Made by a program: the position numbers and the translations under genes. The notes under the pieces are model-generated. The model made no database searches and was not told where the DNA came from. It was given only the letters and a program-made list of their open reading frames with translations. DNA of 63,978 bases, filler included, from Trypethelium eluteriae (taxonomy: Eukaryota), in NCBI GenBank assembly GCA_051942245.1. It is 4 parts of 4 records of this genome, joined end to end, with 100 filler letters (N's around TTAATTAATTAA, not from the genome) between each part and the next. Parts side by side here need not be neighbours in the genome. Positions count along the whole stretch, not along the records: positions 32,107 to 48,044 come from JAVECL010000636.1; 3 more parts are not named here. One strand, written 5' to 3'. This document shows positions 32,485 to 44,609 of the stretch, piece after piece (the stretch's first letter is position 1; the number at the start of each line of letters is the position of its first letter).

Positions 32485-35400
32485 TTATGTCGCGCCCTCA
32501 CGACGAAGCAGTGTCATTGCTTCCTTATGCATCCTTAACTCCCCCCTTTTAGACCAATGATCATCTGCTCTTGCACTTCTCTCATGGGCACTAATGACGG
32601 CACCACGGTCTAGCAAAAGCCGCACCACCGATTTATGGCCACCTCTGGCTGCCCCGTAGAGCGCTGGAGAACCGTCTCTTTCAATGTCCGCACCATGCTC
32701 GAGCAGTAGCTGGACCACCTTTTTTCGTCCTTCAAAAGCTGCTCCAAACAAAGCCTCGTCGACAGCCGCTCCATGGTCGAGCAGTAGTCGCACGATTGCT
32801 TCGTGTTCCCCCGAAGCTGCCCCGTACAAGGCCGTCTCCCCGAAAGAGTTCGACGCATTTACATCTACTCCGTAATCGAGTAGTAGGGGTACTATTGCTT
32901 CGTGTCCCCCAGAAGCTGCATGGTGTAACACTGTTGACCCAGAAGATGTCGACGCATTTACATCTGCTCTGTAATCGAGTAGTAGGCGTACTGTTGCTTC
33001 ATGCCCCCCAGAAGCTGCGTGGTGTAACGCTGTTGACCCAGAAGATGTCGACGTATTTGCATCTGCTCCATGATCGAGCAGTGATTTTACTACTGCCTCG
33101 TGCCCCCTAAAAGCTGCCTGGTGCAACGCTGTTCTTCCATAAGAATCCGCCGTATTTACATCTGCTCCATGATCAAGTAGTAGCCGCACTGTTGCTTCGT
33201 GCCCCTTAGCAGCTACGCAGTGTATCGCCGTAAACCCAGAAAATATCGACATATTTGTATCTGCTCCATAATTAAGTAATATTTTTACTACCGCCTTGTG
33301 CCCGTCAAAAACTGCGTGGTGTAACGCTGTTAACCCATCAGAACGCGCCGCATTTATATCTGCTCCGTGATTGAGTAATAGCCGCACTGTTGCTTCATGC
33401 CCCCTAAAAGTTGCGTAGTGTAACGCTCTTGACCCAGAAGACGTCGACGCATTTACATCTGCTCCGTGATTGATTAGCATCATGATTTTCGATTCTGCGC
33501 CCAAGAGACTCATTGCAGCATAATGCAGCGCCGTCTTTCCTGACTTTGTCCTCGCCGCAACATCTGCTCCGTGACGGAGCAGCAGTTCTGCCATCCACTC
33601 ATAACCCCATTCAAGTGCTAAATGTAGCGCTGTGTCTCCCGACCATGTCTTCGCCGCAATATCTGCTCCGTTATGAAGCAGCAGTTCTGCCATCGACTCG
33701 TCCCATGTTTTAGCTGCTAAGTGTAGAGCTGTCTCTCCCAAAGTTGTCTTCGCTGCAATATCTGCTCCGTGATGGAGCAGCAATGCCACCATCGGCTGTT
33801 CCAGTCGTTTGGCTGCAAGATGCAAAGCCATGCAGTCACCTCCAATCCTCTTGTTGACTCCATTACGGCCCCAATGCTTCCATCTTCGCTTTCGCATTAT
33901 CTCTCGGGCCCATGGAATGATCCCCAGATAGCAAGCTAGAGGCCATGGTGAAGGAGGGAACGATAGATCTCCGTGTACAAACTCGCACCCGCGGTATTCC
34001 TCCCACCACCTTTTCCGTATATCAGAATTCTTCTGGAAGAAAGATTTCGACATATGCAGTAGTTGCATTGCGAGAGAAGAAGAAGACCTTGCATGATGTG
34101 GCCAGTACCTTGTCGCATAGCCGTTGAGCGGAGTCGTGTCACGCTTCACGCCGATGGGCCCCTGGAAGTTGCGCTCAACGCAGCCGAGACATGTTTTCGC
34201 TAGTTCTAGATGTGTGTTCTCTGGCTTGATGCGAAACTCCTCCAAAACTTCGTTTCTGTCGTGGTTCTCTCGCATTAGATAATCTCTTGCTGACTCATGG
34301 ACAAGGCCAACTTCTTCCGCTTGCACCTTGAGTAACGGTCTGCACAAGTCAATCTCATCACACAATACTTGTTTCGAGCTTATTTGAGGAGGGGATCTGA
34401 CACCTGTTGCTTCAACCAGCTCCAGCAATGTCAGAGGCCGGACAGCCATCGTAACCCATTGCAGAATTCTGGAACTAGCCTGTCGTTCGTTGCTTTCAAT
34501 TTGGAGCAGCATTCGATCATATATAGCGGACAGGCCTTTTGGGAGTTCCTGCAGAGCGTCTAGTACTTGGATCCGCGTGCACTTCTGGGACAGCTCGTAT
34601 ACGACGAAACCGACCCATAGAAATGTCCCTTCCGAGCGTTCCAGAAGAGTTTTGTGCACTAGCTCTTGGATATCTGCAAACCCTTCTATTCTTGATGACA
34701 GGTCTTGCATTTTGTGAGAGACAAATAGCTCAATGTCGCTGGTTACATGCTCGTCGTTATCAGGATCAAGTTTCACTTGCGCAGATCCTCGTAAGCTGTG
34801 AATATCTCGGCTGACGATCACAAGCTTGAAATGATTGTCAGTACTGTGTGATGATCCCGGAGAAAACAGGTTGATAATCTTTGGTATCATCGACTGAACC
34901 GAACTGTCGTCGCATTCGTCTAGGCCGTCACGTACACAGTAAATCATACCGTGATTGACATCGCCAACGAGGTTTCTGAAAATTATCCAAAGAGTCTCAA
35001 AAGATAGTAATGTTTGCCTGGTTTTTTCCGATGTTTCGAAGAAAGGCTGAACGAGGCTACTCAATTCCGGGCGCTTTCCAATGATCTGATAAACTAGACT
35101 TCGGAGGATTGCAATCGTAGTATTGCGTTTTCCGTCTTGAGCAGTACAGAAGTAAAATATTACCTCTGAGGCCCGTGTATTCTGGTTGGTTTTTTCCAGC
35201 TCTTCAGTCAGGAAGATAGATAGCATTGTCTTTCCCTTCCCAGGGCCTCCCGATATCCAGAGAAGGTGGTTATCGCCATGAAGCCATGATTGGTACGTTA
35301 CATTTTCTATAATCCATTCGCAAGTCCCAACAACTCTCTCTCCTTTTGTACTCTTCAACCGCTCTCGATCGACGTCGGGGTCGGTAAGGAAAAGAGAATT

Positions 35401-36502
35401 CCGATACTCTTTGACTTTCTGGAGCAAATCTTCTTCTATGGGACGCGTCACCGTTAGCAAATGAGTCATTGAAGTCGAATAGCAAGTCGTATTGTAGAAT
35501 CTATGTACCTGTAGATTGTTTTTACCCCTTTGTGTCATCAATTGGCATGTGGAAGAAGAGCTCCCTAGCATAAGCAGCTGCGATTGTCGATGCATAGCCT
35601 TGCCAGCGGTCATCTTTATGTGAATCAGCATAGTCAGATATCCCACGAATTGCAAGACAGGGAAAATCATTCATCACACCCGCGGCCTCCGTCTCGAAGC
35701 ACAAAATGTTGTACTGGGCTGCCAGATGATCTCTCTCTTGACAATTCCTGATGACTTTCTCGCCAGCCGCAATCGTCCCGCGGTGTACTTTGATCCGTGG
35801 CTTTTGACTGTCATGATATATTTCGTCCTCACTGTCCTGAGCGGAACGGTCGACTTTCTGCCGAGGATCACAGCCGCATTTTTTGCAGGGCTTACTCTTT
35901 TCGAGATGATTATACGTTGAATTGAAGAGGTAATCTTGATCGACACCTGGATATTGGTACCGCCGAAGCGATTTTGCCTTCGTGTTGATTCTTTCAAGGT
36001 GAGGTAACAGCAAGTCGTCCCCACGTATTGCTTGCTCTGTCGACAGGACACGAGCGGCATTGAGAAGGGCAGTTGGTGGCGAGGTAAGATATCCAGTACG
36101 GTGGAAGTAGCCTTCCAAGGCTTTTCCGTGGTCGTATTGGATCGCACCAGAGTGATCTTCCATGGGCTCGCTGACGACCACGTCCCCAAGATGGATAGAA
36201 CCAGTACGCGTCTGGGTTGGGACACCGCCCCCGATTCCCACCAACAACCCATATCGCACTTGTTTGTAAGTGTTTCGTAGCTGCGTAATGACTGTGGCAA
36301 CAGAGGTGTTTCCAGTCGTCGGTAAGCCTGCGATGACAATGTTGTGATTGTTTATGCTACCTAGTTGATAGACATTGTGATCGACTGGTGATTGTGGAAG
36401 CTTGTCGTGTCTCACGTCGAGCATCTGTATCGCGGCAATTAGCTCTACCTCCAATGGGGCGATCCATGCGATCGTGTAATCGTCAGAGGTGAGCATGCTC
36501 AT
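32485..36502 (-). CDS. Fungal NLR-like gene, PNP_UDP (Pfs)-NACHT-ankyrin, interrupted by one in-frame TAA (possible pseudogene or split gene)
   Basis: PNP_UDP: DYTIAWIAPLEVEL, LLVGIGGGVP, LGDVVVS, LCFETEAAG, CLAIRGISDYADSHK..WQGYA. NACHT: LWISGGPGKGKT, DGLDEC, GTFLWV. About 12 ankyrin repeats. Intron 35508-35436 (GTACAT..GCTAAC..TAG) joins the two frames; TAA at 35522-35524. Confidence 0.88.
32760..33800. repeat. Tandem 99-bp ankyrin-coding repeats with high DNA-level identity
   Basis: A motif like GTCGACGCATTTACATCTGCTCC recurs at about 32850, 32948, 33047, 33146, 33245, 33344 and 33444. A second class (CGCAATATCTGCTCCG; HGADIAAKT) occupies about 33550-33790. Confidence 0.9.
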
Positions 36503-37931
36503 GATCTCATTGGTGTCTCTTGGGTCGTGTGGAATCGAAACAAGACAACAATTCAATTCGAGCCTAGAAACGAGGCTCAACTTTGTCGCACATGAGCTCT
36601 CAGGGGTAACCCAGAGAACTCCGAGCGTCTGCCTTATAGAAAATGACTGAGCTAGCAGGTTATTCACGGATACTGTGGAAGAAAAAATACAAGCAAGGAA
36701 GCGGTAGTTGAAACAAACAAGTCTCCAGTAATGAGAGGAGAAAGCTACATCATTAGCCGCTCAAGAGCGTCTGCTTCAGCCTCGCCAGGGAGTCCCAACC
36801 GGCGTCGCAAGGCACCCTTTTGTCAGATTGGAACCCAGCTAAATGTAAGCAAATTGTTTCACCGGAGGTCCACCCAACTGTGCCGACCAAAAGAAGGGGT
36901 TCATAATTTGCTGTCATATCCAAACCATCCGTGATCCTTCTATCTTGTATACTTTAAACGAATATGCTCCAGAATGCGCGGTGGGTGGTGCCGAAATCTC
37001 TAGAGCCGTCCTCGATCAGGCTCGCCTTGAGTTACACGAGAAATAAGAACCGTGCAATCAGGATCGGGCGGTATCTGGTATGCGTGGTTCGCCACATCGT
37101 CCGCATCAAGTCCGCATGTTACTCCATAAGGTATTGACTTTTGCCTCACTCTATTTTTAGGGGCCAGGTAAAGTCCGCTCGATCAAGATCCAGTCATTTT
37201 CACGACCCCCTTTACTGTTTTCTCCCGGTTACCGTTTGCCCAGCCCCCTGCGTCCAAAGCTGGTCTAGAGTTTCACTTTGCAGACGCCACCAGCGGCAAG
37301 CCTGATTGCTGAGCTAGAACTCTATTTTCAGCCTCGCCAGGGTCCTTCATTTTAAACCTTGTCAGCGAACCGTCGATCCGCATCGGAGTCGCTGCGAGAG
37401 ATGTACGGGGGGATTAATTACTTTTTGCAACACCAAGGACATATACCTCATGTACGGAACGGCGATTTGACGTCCATTGGGCACTGATGAGGGCGATGCT
37501 AAAAGGAGTGTAACCTTGTTGGGAACAATTGCACCTGCATCCATCAGCGGTCTTTTGTTCGAATGTGGGCGTTACCTCCATACGACGGATTTGTAGTCGT
37601 CTTTCTAAAATTTGTGGCCTTGCGTCTCAGGAAACGATCATCCCATAAAGTCGAATGTCAGTATGAGAATAAAAAGGTCGAATCAGAAGTACCTTCGACT
37701 ATAGTAAAAGCGATGGAGCATTGCCCTCGTGAGAGCACCAGTTTTGGCCGAGCTTTGCGGGAGCTTGAACAGCCTTGGTAGAATGCGGTCCAGTCATCGG
37801 AATGAGAATCGGGAGTGGAGATAGATTGGACGATCCTTCACAGGACTACCGCTAGATCGAAAGGTTACGAAATGGAGCATCTATTCTCTCTCTATCCTGT
37901 CCTATCAACCAGCCACCCTTTTATCATCGAT

Positions 37932-39747
37932 CTAGTGAGCAAATCGAAAATCTAATCTGCATCGACGCCGTTAGCGAATCCATTGCGACTGCTGGAACTC
38001 AGGTAAAATCATAAGACGCGGGAGGAGCTCACCGTTTATTGCCACGATCCTTAGTCGTCGCCAAATAGTCCTCCTTTTCCTCAGTTGTCATGGCGTTCCA
38101 CACCTGCTCACGCTTCCTGTTTACGTAGACATAATACAGCTTTGCGCCTACGAATAAACACATATTGTACAGTGTCATCCCAATCAAAGCCGCGTTACCT
38201 TTCCGGTAAAGCGGCTTATCATTATTCCGGTAGATGTTACTCCCAATCACGTTACTCGCCTGCACAGTCATGTTATACATCGCACTCGCCACCGTGCGCG
38301 TCCGCACCGTGCCCGCATTCCGACTCGTGATAGCCACGATGATGGCGTGCGCATAAGGCTCCGCGTACAGCAGGGTGACGAGCGCGTAGCGGGTCCAGGC
38401 GGAGGCGGAACCCGGCAGCACCTCAAGCGCAATGAGGAGAGGCAGCACCCAGATCTGGGAGATCAGCGCGACGAGGAAGCGCTGGTTGATGGCTTCGGAG
38501 AGGGGCGTGATGATTAGGAGGAGGATGATAAAGACGACGTAGGCGGGGATGCTGAGGAGGTTCGTCTCGAAGGTGCTGAAGCCGAGGGATTTGATCTGTA
38601 GAGTGAGGTACTGTGTCATGGGCTGGGATGGCAGCAGCCAGGATAGGCCCAGTAGGTAGATGGGCCACATGTGGTAGTCGGAGATTGCCTGCCAGAAGAG
38701 GCCCGGGGTGACAGCTTGTCTGTTGTGCATGTCGCCCTTGGAAGGATCATCGCGCAAAATCCTGTTCACCATGATTTTCTCCTCGCGCTCGTTGAACCAG
38801 CCATTCTTGCCACGGAACCATGATTTGGTTTGGGTAGGGGAAGGGGGAAGGTAGAAGTAGGATGCGATACCAATCAAACCTGTTAGCGTCCCTTCGAGGG
38901 CAAAAAGCCACCGCCATCCTGCCATGCCATGATACCCGCGTAAGTGGAGGATCCCATAGGCAAGGAAAGCAGAGATAATGTAAGTCGATTGGTACGAGAC
39001 CCAAAACCAGGATAACCGGACCGGCAGCTCCTTGGATTTGTACCAGTAGCTGAGGTACAGGATATTGTCAGGTATGAAACCTCCTTCTACCAGTCCAAGG
39101 AGAGCCCGAGTTGCGAAGAAGCTGCTCCTGTTCTTGAGGAACGCCTGACAGGAAGCAATAATGGACCAAGAAACCATTTGGATGGGAATCCATCGATCCG
39201 GACCGAGCTTTTTAGAGATCAGTTGAGAAGGTAGTTCGGCAAAGAGAAAGGTCAAGTAGAAGATGGTCTGTCCGGTATTGTAATCATTGGTATTAATGTT
39301 GAGGTCATCGAGCATGTTATCTGTCAGAGCTTGGGAGATATTGCCGCGATCCAGTTGGAGGGCGAAGAAACTAAGACAGACCCAAGCACATATTTTGATG
39401 TCGATCTAGAAAGCATTAGTCCACGAGGTTTGGAGGATTGCATTGTCATTGTCGTTACTCACTTTTCTAACTAACCGTTTTTCTTCCTTTTGGTCCCATT
39501 CAAATTCTGGATCCCATCGGTGCCGTCCTTCATATGAGTCGATTGGCTTGGAAAACCCCTGGAGATCTCCACTGGCAAAAGCTATATCTTCGTCTCGAGC
39601 CAAAGCAGATGCTTCCGTAAAGGGTATCTGTGGAGTAGTTTTGGTATCTGCTTGACTGGATAGGCCGCCCTTGTAGTGTGGAAGATCCTCTGAAGACCTC
39701 ACATCGTTTCTTGGTACACCCGTCTGAGAACCCAGCGGAGGATCCAT
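37932..39747 (-). CDS. MFS transporter, Dal5/allantoate (anion:cation symporter) family, probably a sulfonate/organosulfur importer
   Basis: EEKRLVRK|ID, LQLDRGNISQA, AELPSQLISKKLGPDRWIP, RALLGLVEGGFIP, GWRWLFALEG, C-terminal GNKR|LDFRFAH*. Introns at about 39460-39406 and 38032-37957. Substrate inferred from the neighbouring TauD gene. Confidence 0.88.
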
Positions 39748-40756
39748 TTCAATTGATTCTGGGATAGGACGGTAATGGTGTCTATTTAGAAAACCACGAT
39801 GTGAAGTCGAGATAATTTTCCAAGTGGACTGACGTCGGGGCGGCGCCATAGATGGGTATAGGTACCTAAAAAACTGGATCTCCTAGTCCACTATGCGCTG
39901 AATCGCGACAAGCCGTTCGGTAACTCTAGTGTCACACTGTTCCCGTGTCCCTGGAAAGCGCCAAGGCATGGCTGCCACGGACTCCAGTACAATGATGGTG
40001 ATGATGATGCAGAGACGTACAAGACAGACGCACTTCTCCGAAGCCAGGACGATCAAGGCAAGTCCATTCTCCCCACGAGCGTCAGTGAATCCAGACCAAG
40101 CATATGCGCGTAAGGAGCATGGTTGGTGTGGGAGCAAATCAGCGTTATGCCGCTCATTTGGGATGAGGTTCGCGATGGGACCGATGGGGAGGTTGGATGA
40201 CAGTTGATGAATTGCCCCAATGGGACATGGCCGTGGAATTGCGTGATTAACCTTGTCGTTCACGCACCACCGGCACGCGTACGTTCACCCACCACTCTTC
40301 AGGCCAATTGATAAGACAGTACTGCCAGAAGACGTGAGGATCGAGAAACTGACGCAAACCAATAGGTCAATTGAGGCAGCAATCGCGAACGAATGAGAGG
40401 ACTCACGACGTTATCTTAGGCGTTTTTTGCGTGTATATCCACGAGGTTACTGTATGCAACTACTTCTGACAGCTTCTTTTACACGTCGAATCATAAGATA
40501 CGCACGTTCTGAAAGCCCCTCATCATAGAAGTCTTTGCTCCAGAGCGGGGTTGATACGCCAAGCATGGTATATAGTAATTTCTCTCAACAAGTCGTCAAG
40601 ATCTGCGCCGTGCTATCCGAACTCCAGATAGAGTATATAGGTCAAGCCCATTCTCAGTGCTTGAATATAAACACAGTTTTGTAATTCCAATTTGAGACAG
40701 TGCAATCGGTGCAACTGGTTCGTTGCCGACTCAATTAATTGAGAAAGAACGTCACG

Positions 40757-42189
40757 ATGGCCCCCGCACTTGTAGATACGCAGCCTCCACAGGACATCAA
40801 GCCTGCTCAGCCGGGCACCGTTGGGTATAAGGAGGCTTTTGCATACGGCGGACCGAAAGCATTCAAGAAAGATCAAGAGCTTCATGGAACTGCTACTCAG
40901 CCTCCTGCTAGCTTCCCAAAGTACCTTCCAACATGGACTGACAAGACGTAAGTATTCGCAAATTATCCTTGTCCATATGGTTTTAATCAAGCATCTCCAG
41001 TTATCCTCCCCTCGAGCCATTCGAGCATCACGATCATGGCAAAGATGCCGACCCAACATTCCCCGATCTCTTCGGCGAAGGTGCTGAAGTCGACGACCTG
41101 ACTGGCAACATCGGTGCTGAAGTCAATGGCGTCCAGCTTAGCAAACTCAACGACAAAGGCAAAGACCAGCTCGCGCTCTTTGTTGCCCAGAAAAAAGTAG
41201 TTGGTATGCAGCCTCCGCTCTATCCCTCTCCATCCCTTCCTACGCTTCCGCTAACGCCTCCTCCCCGTCCACTAGCATTCCGCAACCAAGATCTTGCCAA
41301 CCTCGACATCGCCGACGCCATCGAATTCGGCGGCTACTTCGGCCGCCACCACATCCACCCCGCGTCGGGCGCCCCTGAAGGCCATCCGGAGGTGCATCTC
41401 GTGCATCGAGGCGCGGACGACACGACGGCGGCGAGCTTCTTCAAGGACCGGACCAATAGCTCGACCTGGCACACCGACGTCAGCTACGAGCAGCAGCCGC
41501 CTGGGACCACCTTCCTGTACGTGCTGGATGGGCCGAAGGCGGGCGGCGACACGCTGTTTGCGAACATGGCGGAGGCATATCGGCGGCTGAGTCCCGAGTT
41601 CCAGAAGCGCTTGCATGGATTGCAGGCGGTCCATTCGGGTAAGTCTGGGGTTTCCTGAAGTCCTGGGTAAGGATTGATCATGATGCTAATGGGGATGGGT
41701 GATTTAGCGGTTGAGCAGGCCAATGCAAGTCGGGACCGTGGTGGAATTGTGCGGCGTGAACCGGTGACCAACGTGCATCCAGTTGTGCGGACGCACCCAG
41801 CCACAGGCGAGAAGGCGATTTATGTGAACTCGCAATGTGAGTCTGGGCTTAGTATCTTTTAAGGGAACGAAGCTGACAAACATCTCAGTCACTCGCAAAA
41901 TTGTCGGCTTCAAGAAAGAGGAGAGTGACATGCTCCTCAAATTCCTGTATGACCATACAGCCTTAAGCCAGGACCTGCAAGCCCGTGTTAGGTGGAAGCC
42001 AGGAACAGTCGTTGTCTGGGATGTGAGTGGAACTCCACTGTTATATCTAACTGCGAACGTACTGACTTTTCATAGAACCGTGTGACGTCGCACTCGGCAA
42101 CTCTAGATTGGCAAGATGGTCAGCGCAGACACATTGCTCGCATCACGCCTCAGGCCGAGAGACCTTACGAGACTCCCTTTGAGGGTTGA
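40757..42189 (+). CDS. TauD/TfdA-family Fe(II)/alpha-ketoglutarate dioxygenase (sulfonate dioxygenase, Jlp1-like), spliced
   Basis: WHTDVSYEQQPPGTTFL (HxD), GGDTLFAN, HPVVRTHPATGEKAIYVN, VVVWD|NRVTSHSA, RHIARITPQAERPYE; multiple GT-AG introns. Confidence 0.92.
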
Positions 42190-44609
42190 GACGTACAGTA
42201 AAGACTGATGATCAAAGGGTAGAATGATGTTAGATTGAAATCAGGCACATACCTTGGTGCCACTCCTCCGATATATAGTAGATTGACATTCGATTCAGCC
42301 TACATGGATACATGCAAGCTTAACTCTCCAAAATAAATTCCTCGGTTTTTACACGTTGTCGAGCTAAGCTCGATCCGCAGTCTGCCTAAGAGCCTCTCCA
42401 GATCCTTACTCTATATTCTCGGTCCATCAACCGATCATATTCCCCGCTTTCAGCCGATATCTTTCGGTAGACGTGTTGGTGCCAACTCTTTTCGTACCCA
42501 CCCGCTGGGTGTTCAGCCCAGAGAACCCCAATTCAGCCCTCTGTAGCCTCGCTAGACTGGCCAGTCCGATCTCGACTTACACCCGGGAGACTATTCAGAA
42601 GGCACAGTCGTTTGCGGAAGGAGGATAACGCTCAAGGTAGGAATGAGATAAATCTCGAGGGAAGTGTAGGATGCGACATCGTCAACGAGTTTCGAAGCCG
42701 GAGGCATGCTAGATCACTGTACGTAGGTGAGCTGGCTCGGGCAAGCAGTGTCCGGAAAGGACCACCTTCTCCCAATTCGCTGGAAGCCGAGCTGTTAGAT
42801 CAGGCTGTTGATGGGTTTAAAGTGAGTTACCAGCAGAGTGCGAAGGAGAAAGGGAGGAGGTATTAGAAATGAAGGAAGAGTTGAAATAGGCTTGCGCATT
42901 ACTTCCTAAAGAGTATTGGACTTTACTAAAATGATTCGTAGGTCTTTTCTCTGCGAGACGATTCCCCCAAGCGGCTGTTGTATCTAAAGCATTGCTTGGT
43001 TTGATGCGATTTGGGGGATGAGAGTCAACAGATTTTGCTCACTCGGACTTGTCCCTCATAATTTGCCTATTCTGCATGTTCGCAACGCAATTATTCAGGA
43101 AGCGAATTCAGCGAAAGAGATGGCAGCTTCGGCATCGATTCAAAGCGGAGGTACAACTCGTTCTATGGAGGTTGGAGGTGGAGAGGGAAACGCAAGCCCG
43201 TGAGATCTCGCCGAAGACTGTTCGGAACTTTCTCGGGTCAGCCTGCGCCACAGGCCACTCTTCTCTAGGTAGAGTATCATACCACCAGCGCGGAGGAAAA
43301 TGTGACTCGCCAATCGACCTCGGTCGAAGGTATGACTGGATCATTTTCGTTATTTTCGAAATCTCTTAAGGGGCTGAAGATCGCAATGAGGTCAAACATG
43401 AGCCACCACCTGTGCCAGCATACCACAGAGTACTGACCCCAACACTTCTCATCACACGCCCGGTGGGTACTCTGTATCACGTATCCTTGAGATCATGAAG
43501 CGCCCAGCCACTTTGTTTTTTCGTTCGAAGCCAGAGCAGCGTCGCCAGATGCGAATTTTCTCTCAATGACTTGGTACTGCATTCGTTGAGCACCTGTGGG
43601 CACCACGAGGCCGTCCATGCACCAAGGTTTTGTCATTAGAGTCGAATTCATCCTGGTGAACTTGTCCGTTCTTACGAGGCTACGTTGTTGGTCATACAAC
43701 TTTCTAGCTATAAGACTTGAGTTGCTCGACTGTAAAAACATAACACATTATGAGGTCGGCTCCAAGAAGTTTTCTTAAGAGTGTCTGAGTTTCTTGCAGA
43801 TATGTGGAATTTTTGTCAGCGTTCTAGGCTGCAGTTGACACCGAAGTATGTTCGATAACCTTAAAAGCGGATCTCTCAAGGCCTAATTCCGGTATTCCTC
43901 GCATGTCATGAATATGAACATTGTGCGACTGTCACTCTATGTTCTTCAACGTAGGATTCCTGACCTTCCATCCACTATTGATGTGTGGAAAGATCTGGTA
44001 TGGCTTTTCGCTCCTGTACACGGGAAGATCTGCTCGGAATTTAAGAGAGGAGTTCACATCAGCCATCATTGCTTGCCTGGTAAATTAAGTCCTTCAGAAC
44101 CTCCAAGAGCGAGTCTTATGTGTTAGCTGTCTTATCATCCTGATCGGCGAGGCGTACAATGGTCGTGTTGCACAAGGCTTCGAAGATCCTGGCAACTGCA
44201 CGGCGCTATCAGTACGAAGACGGAACGCCGACCGTGATTGGTTCTGCACTCGGTATCTGATGTCGTAAAAATGGCGAAAGCTTGTCGGTCAAGCTATGGA
44301 GACGAGGACATCCGTATACGTGGTAACTCACGACATTCACTCGTAATCACGTGATATGATTGCCTTCTCACACACCACATGCAACATCAGTATCGCTTGC
44401 GACAATCTAATTTGGCTGGGAAAAGCAGGGTACATTGTTCACGCCCAATCGTTACCGTTTTTGACCAACGAAGAGGCGGCAAGGCAAAACGATAACAGCA
44501 CAGCGCCTCCTGCGACCGAGCTCCTTCAAGACAAACGAGTCTCAAGACTTCTCAACTGTTGCTCCCCGTACTTGAAGTCATCAATCTCGTTTGATAGACC
44601 GCACGTAGA

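Noticed and set aside
35522..35670. Two overlapping independent genes (ORFs 35522-36667 and 32485-35670)
   Set aside because: The N-terminal ~78 aa of the second ORF are out-of-frame PNP sequence plus intron; a single spliced NLR explains the region better.
27644..36502. ISG12-like cluster next to an NLR, as a single immune locus
   Set aside because: Separated by an artificial spacer on different contigs, so linkage is unsupported.
42400..44500. Scattered short ORFs between TauD and the amidase
   Set aside because: No recognisable motifs or coherent exon chain; may be a decayed gene but cannot be supported without a search.
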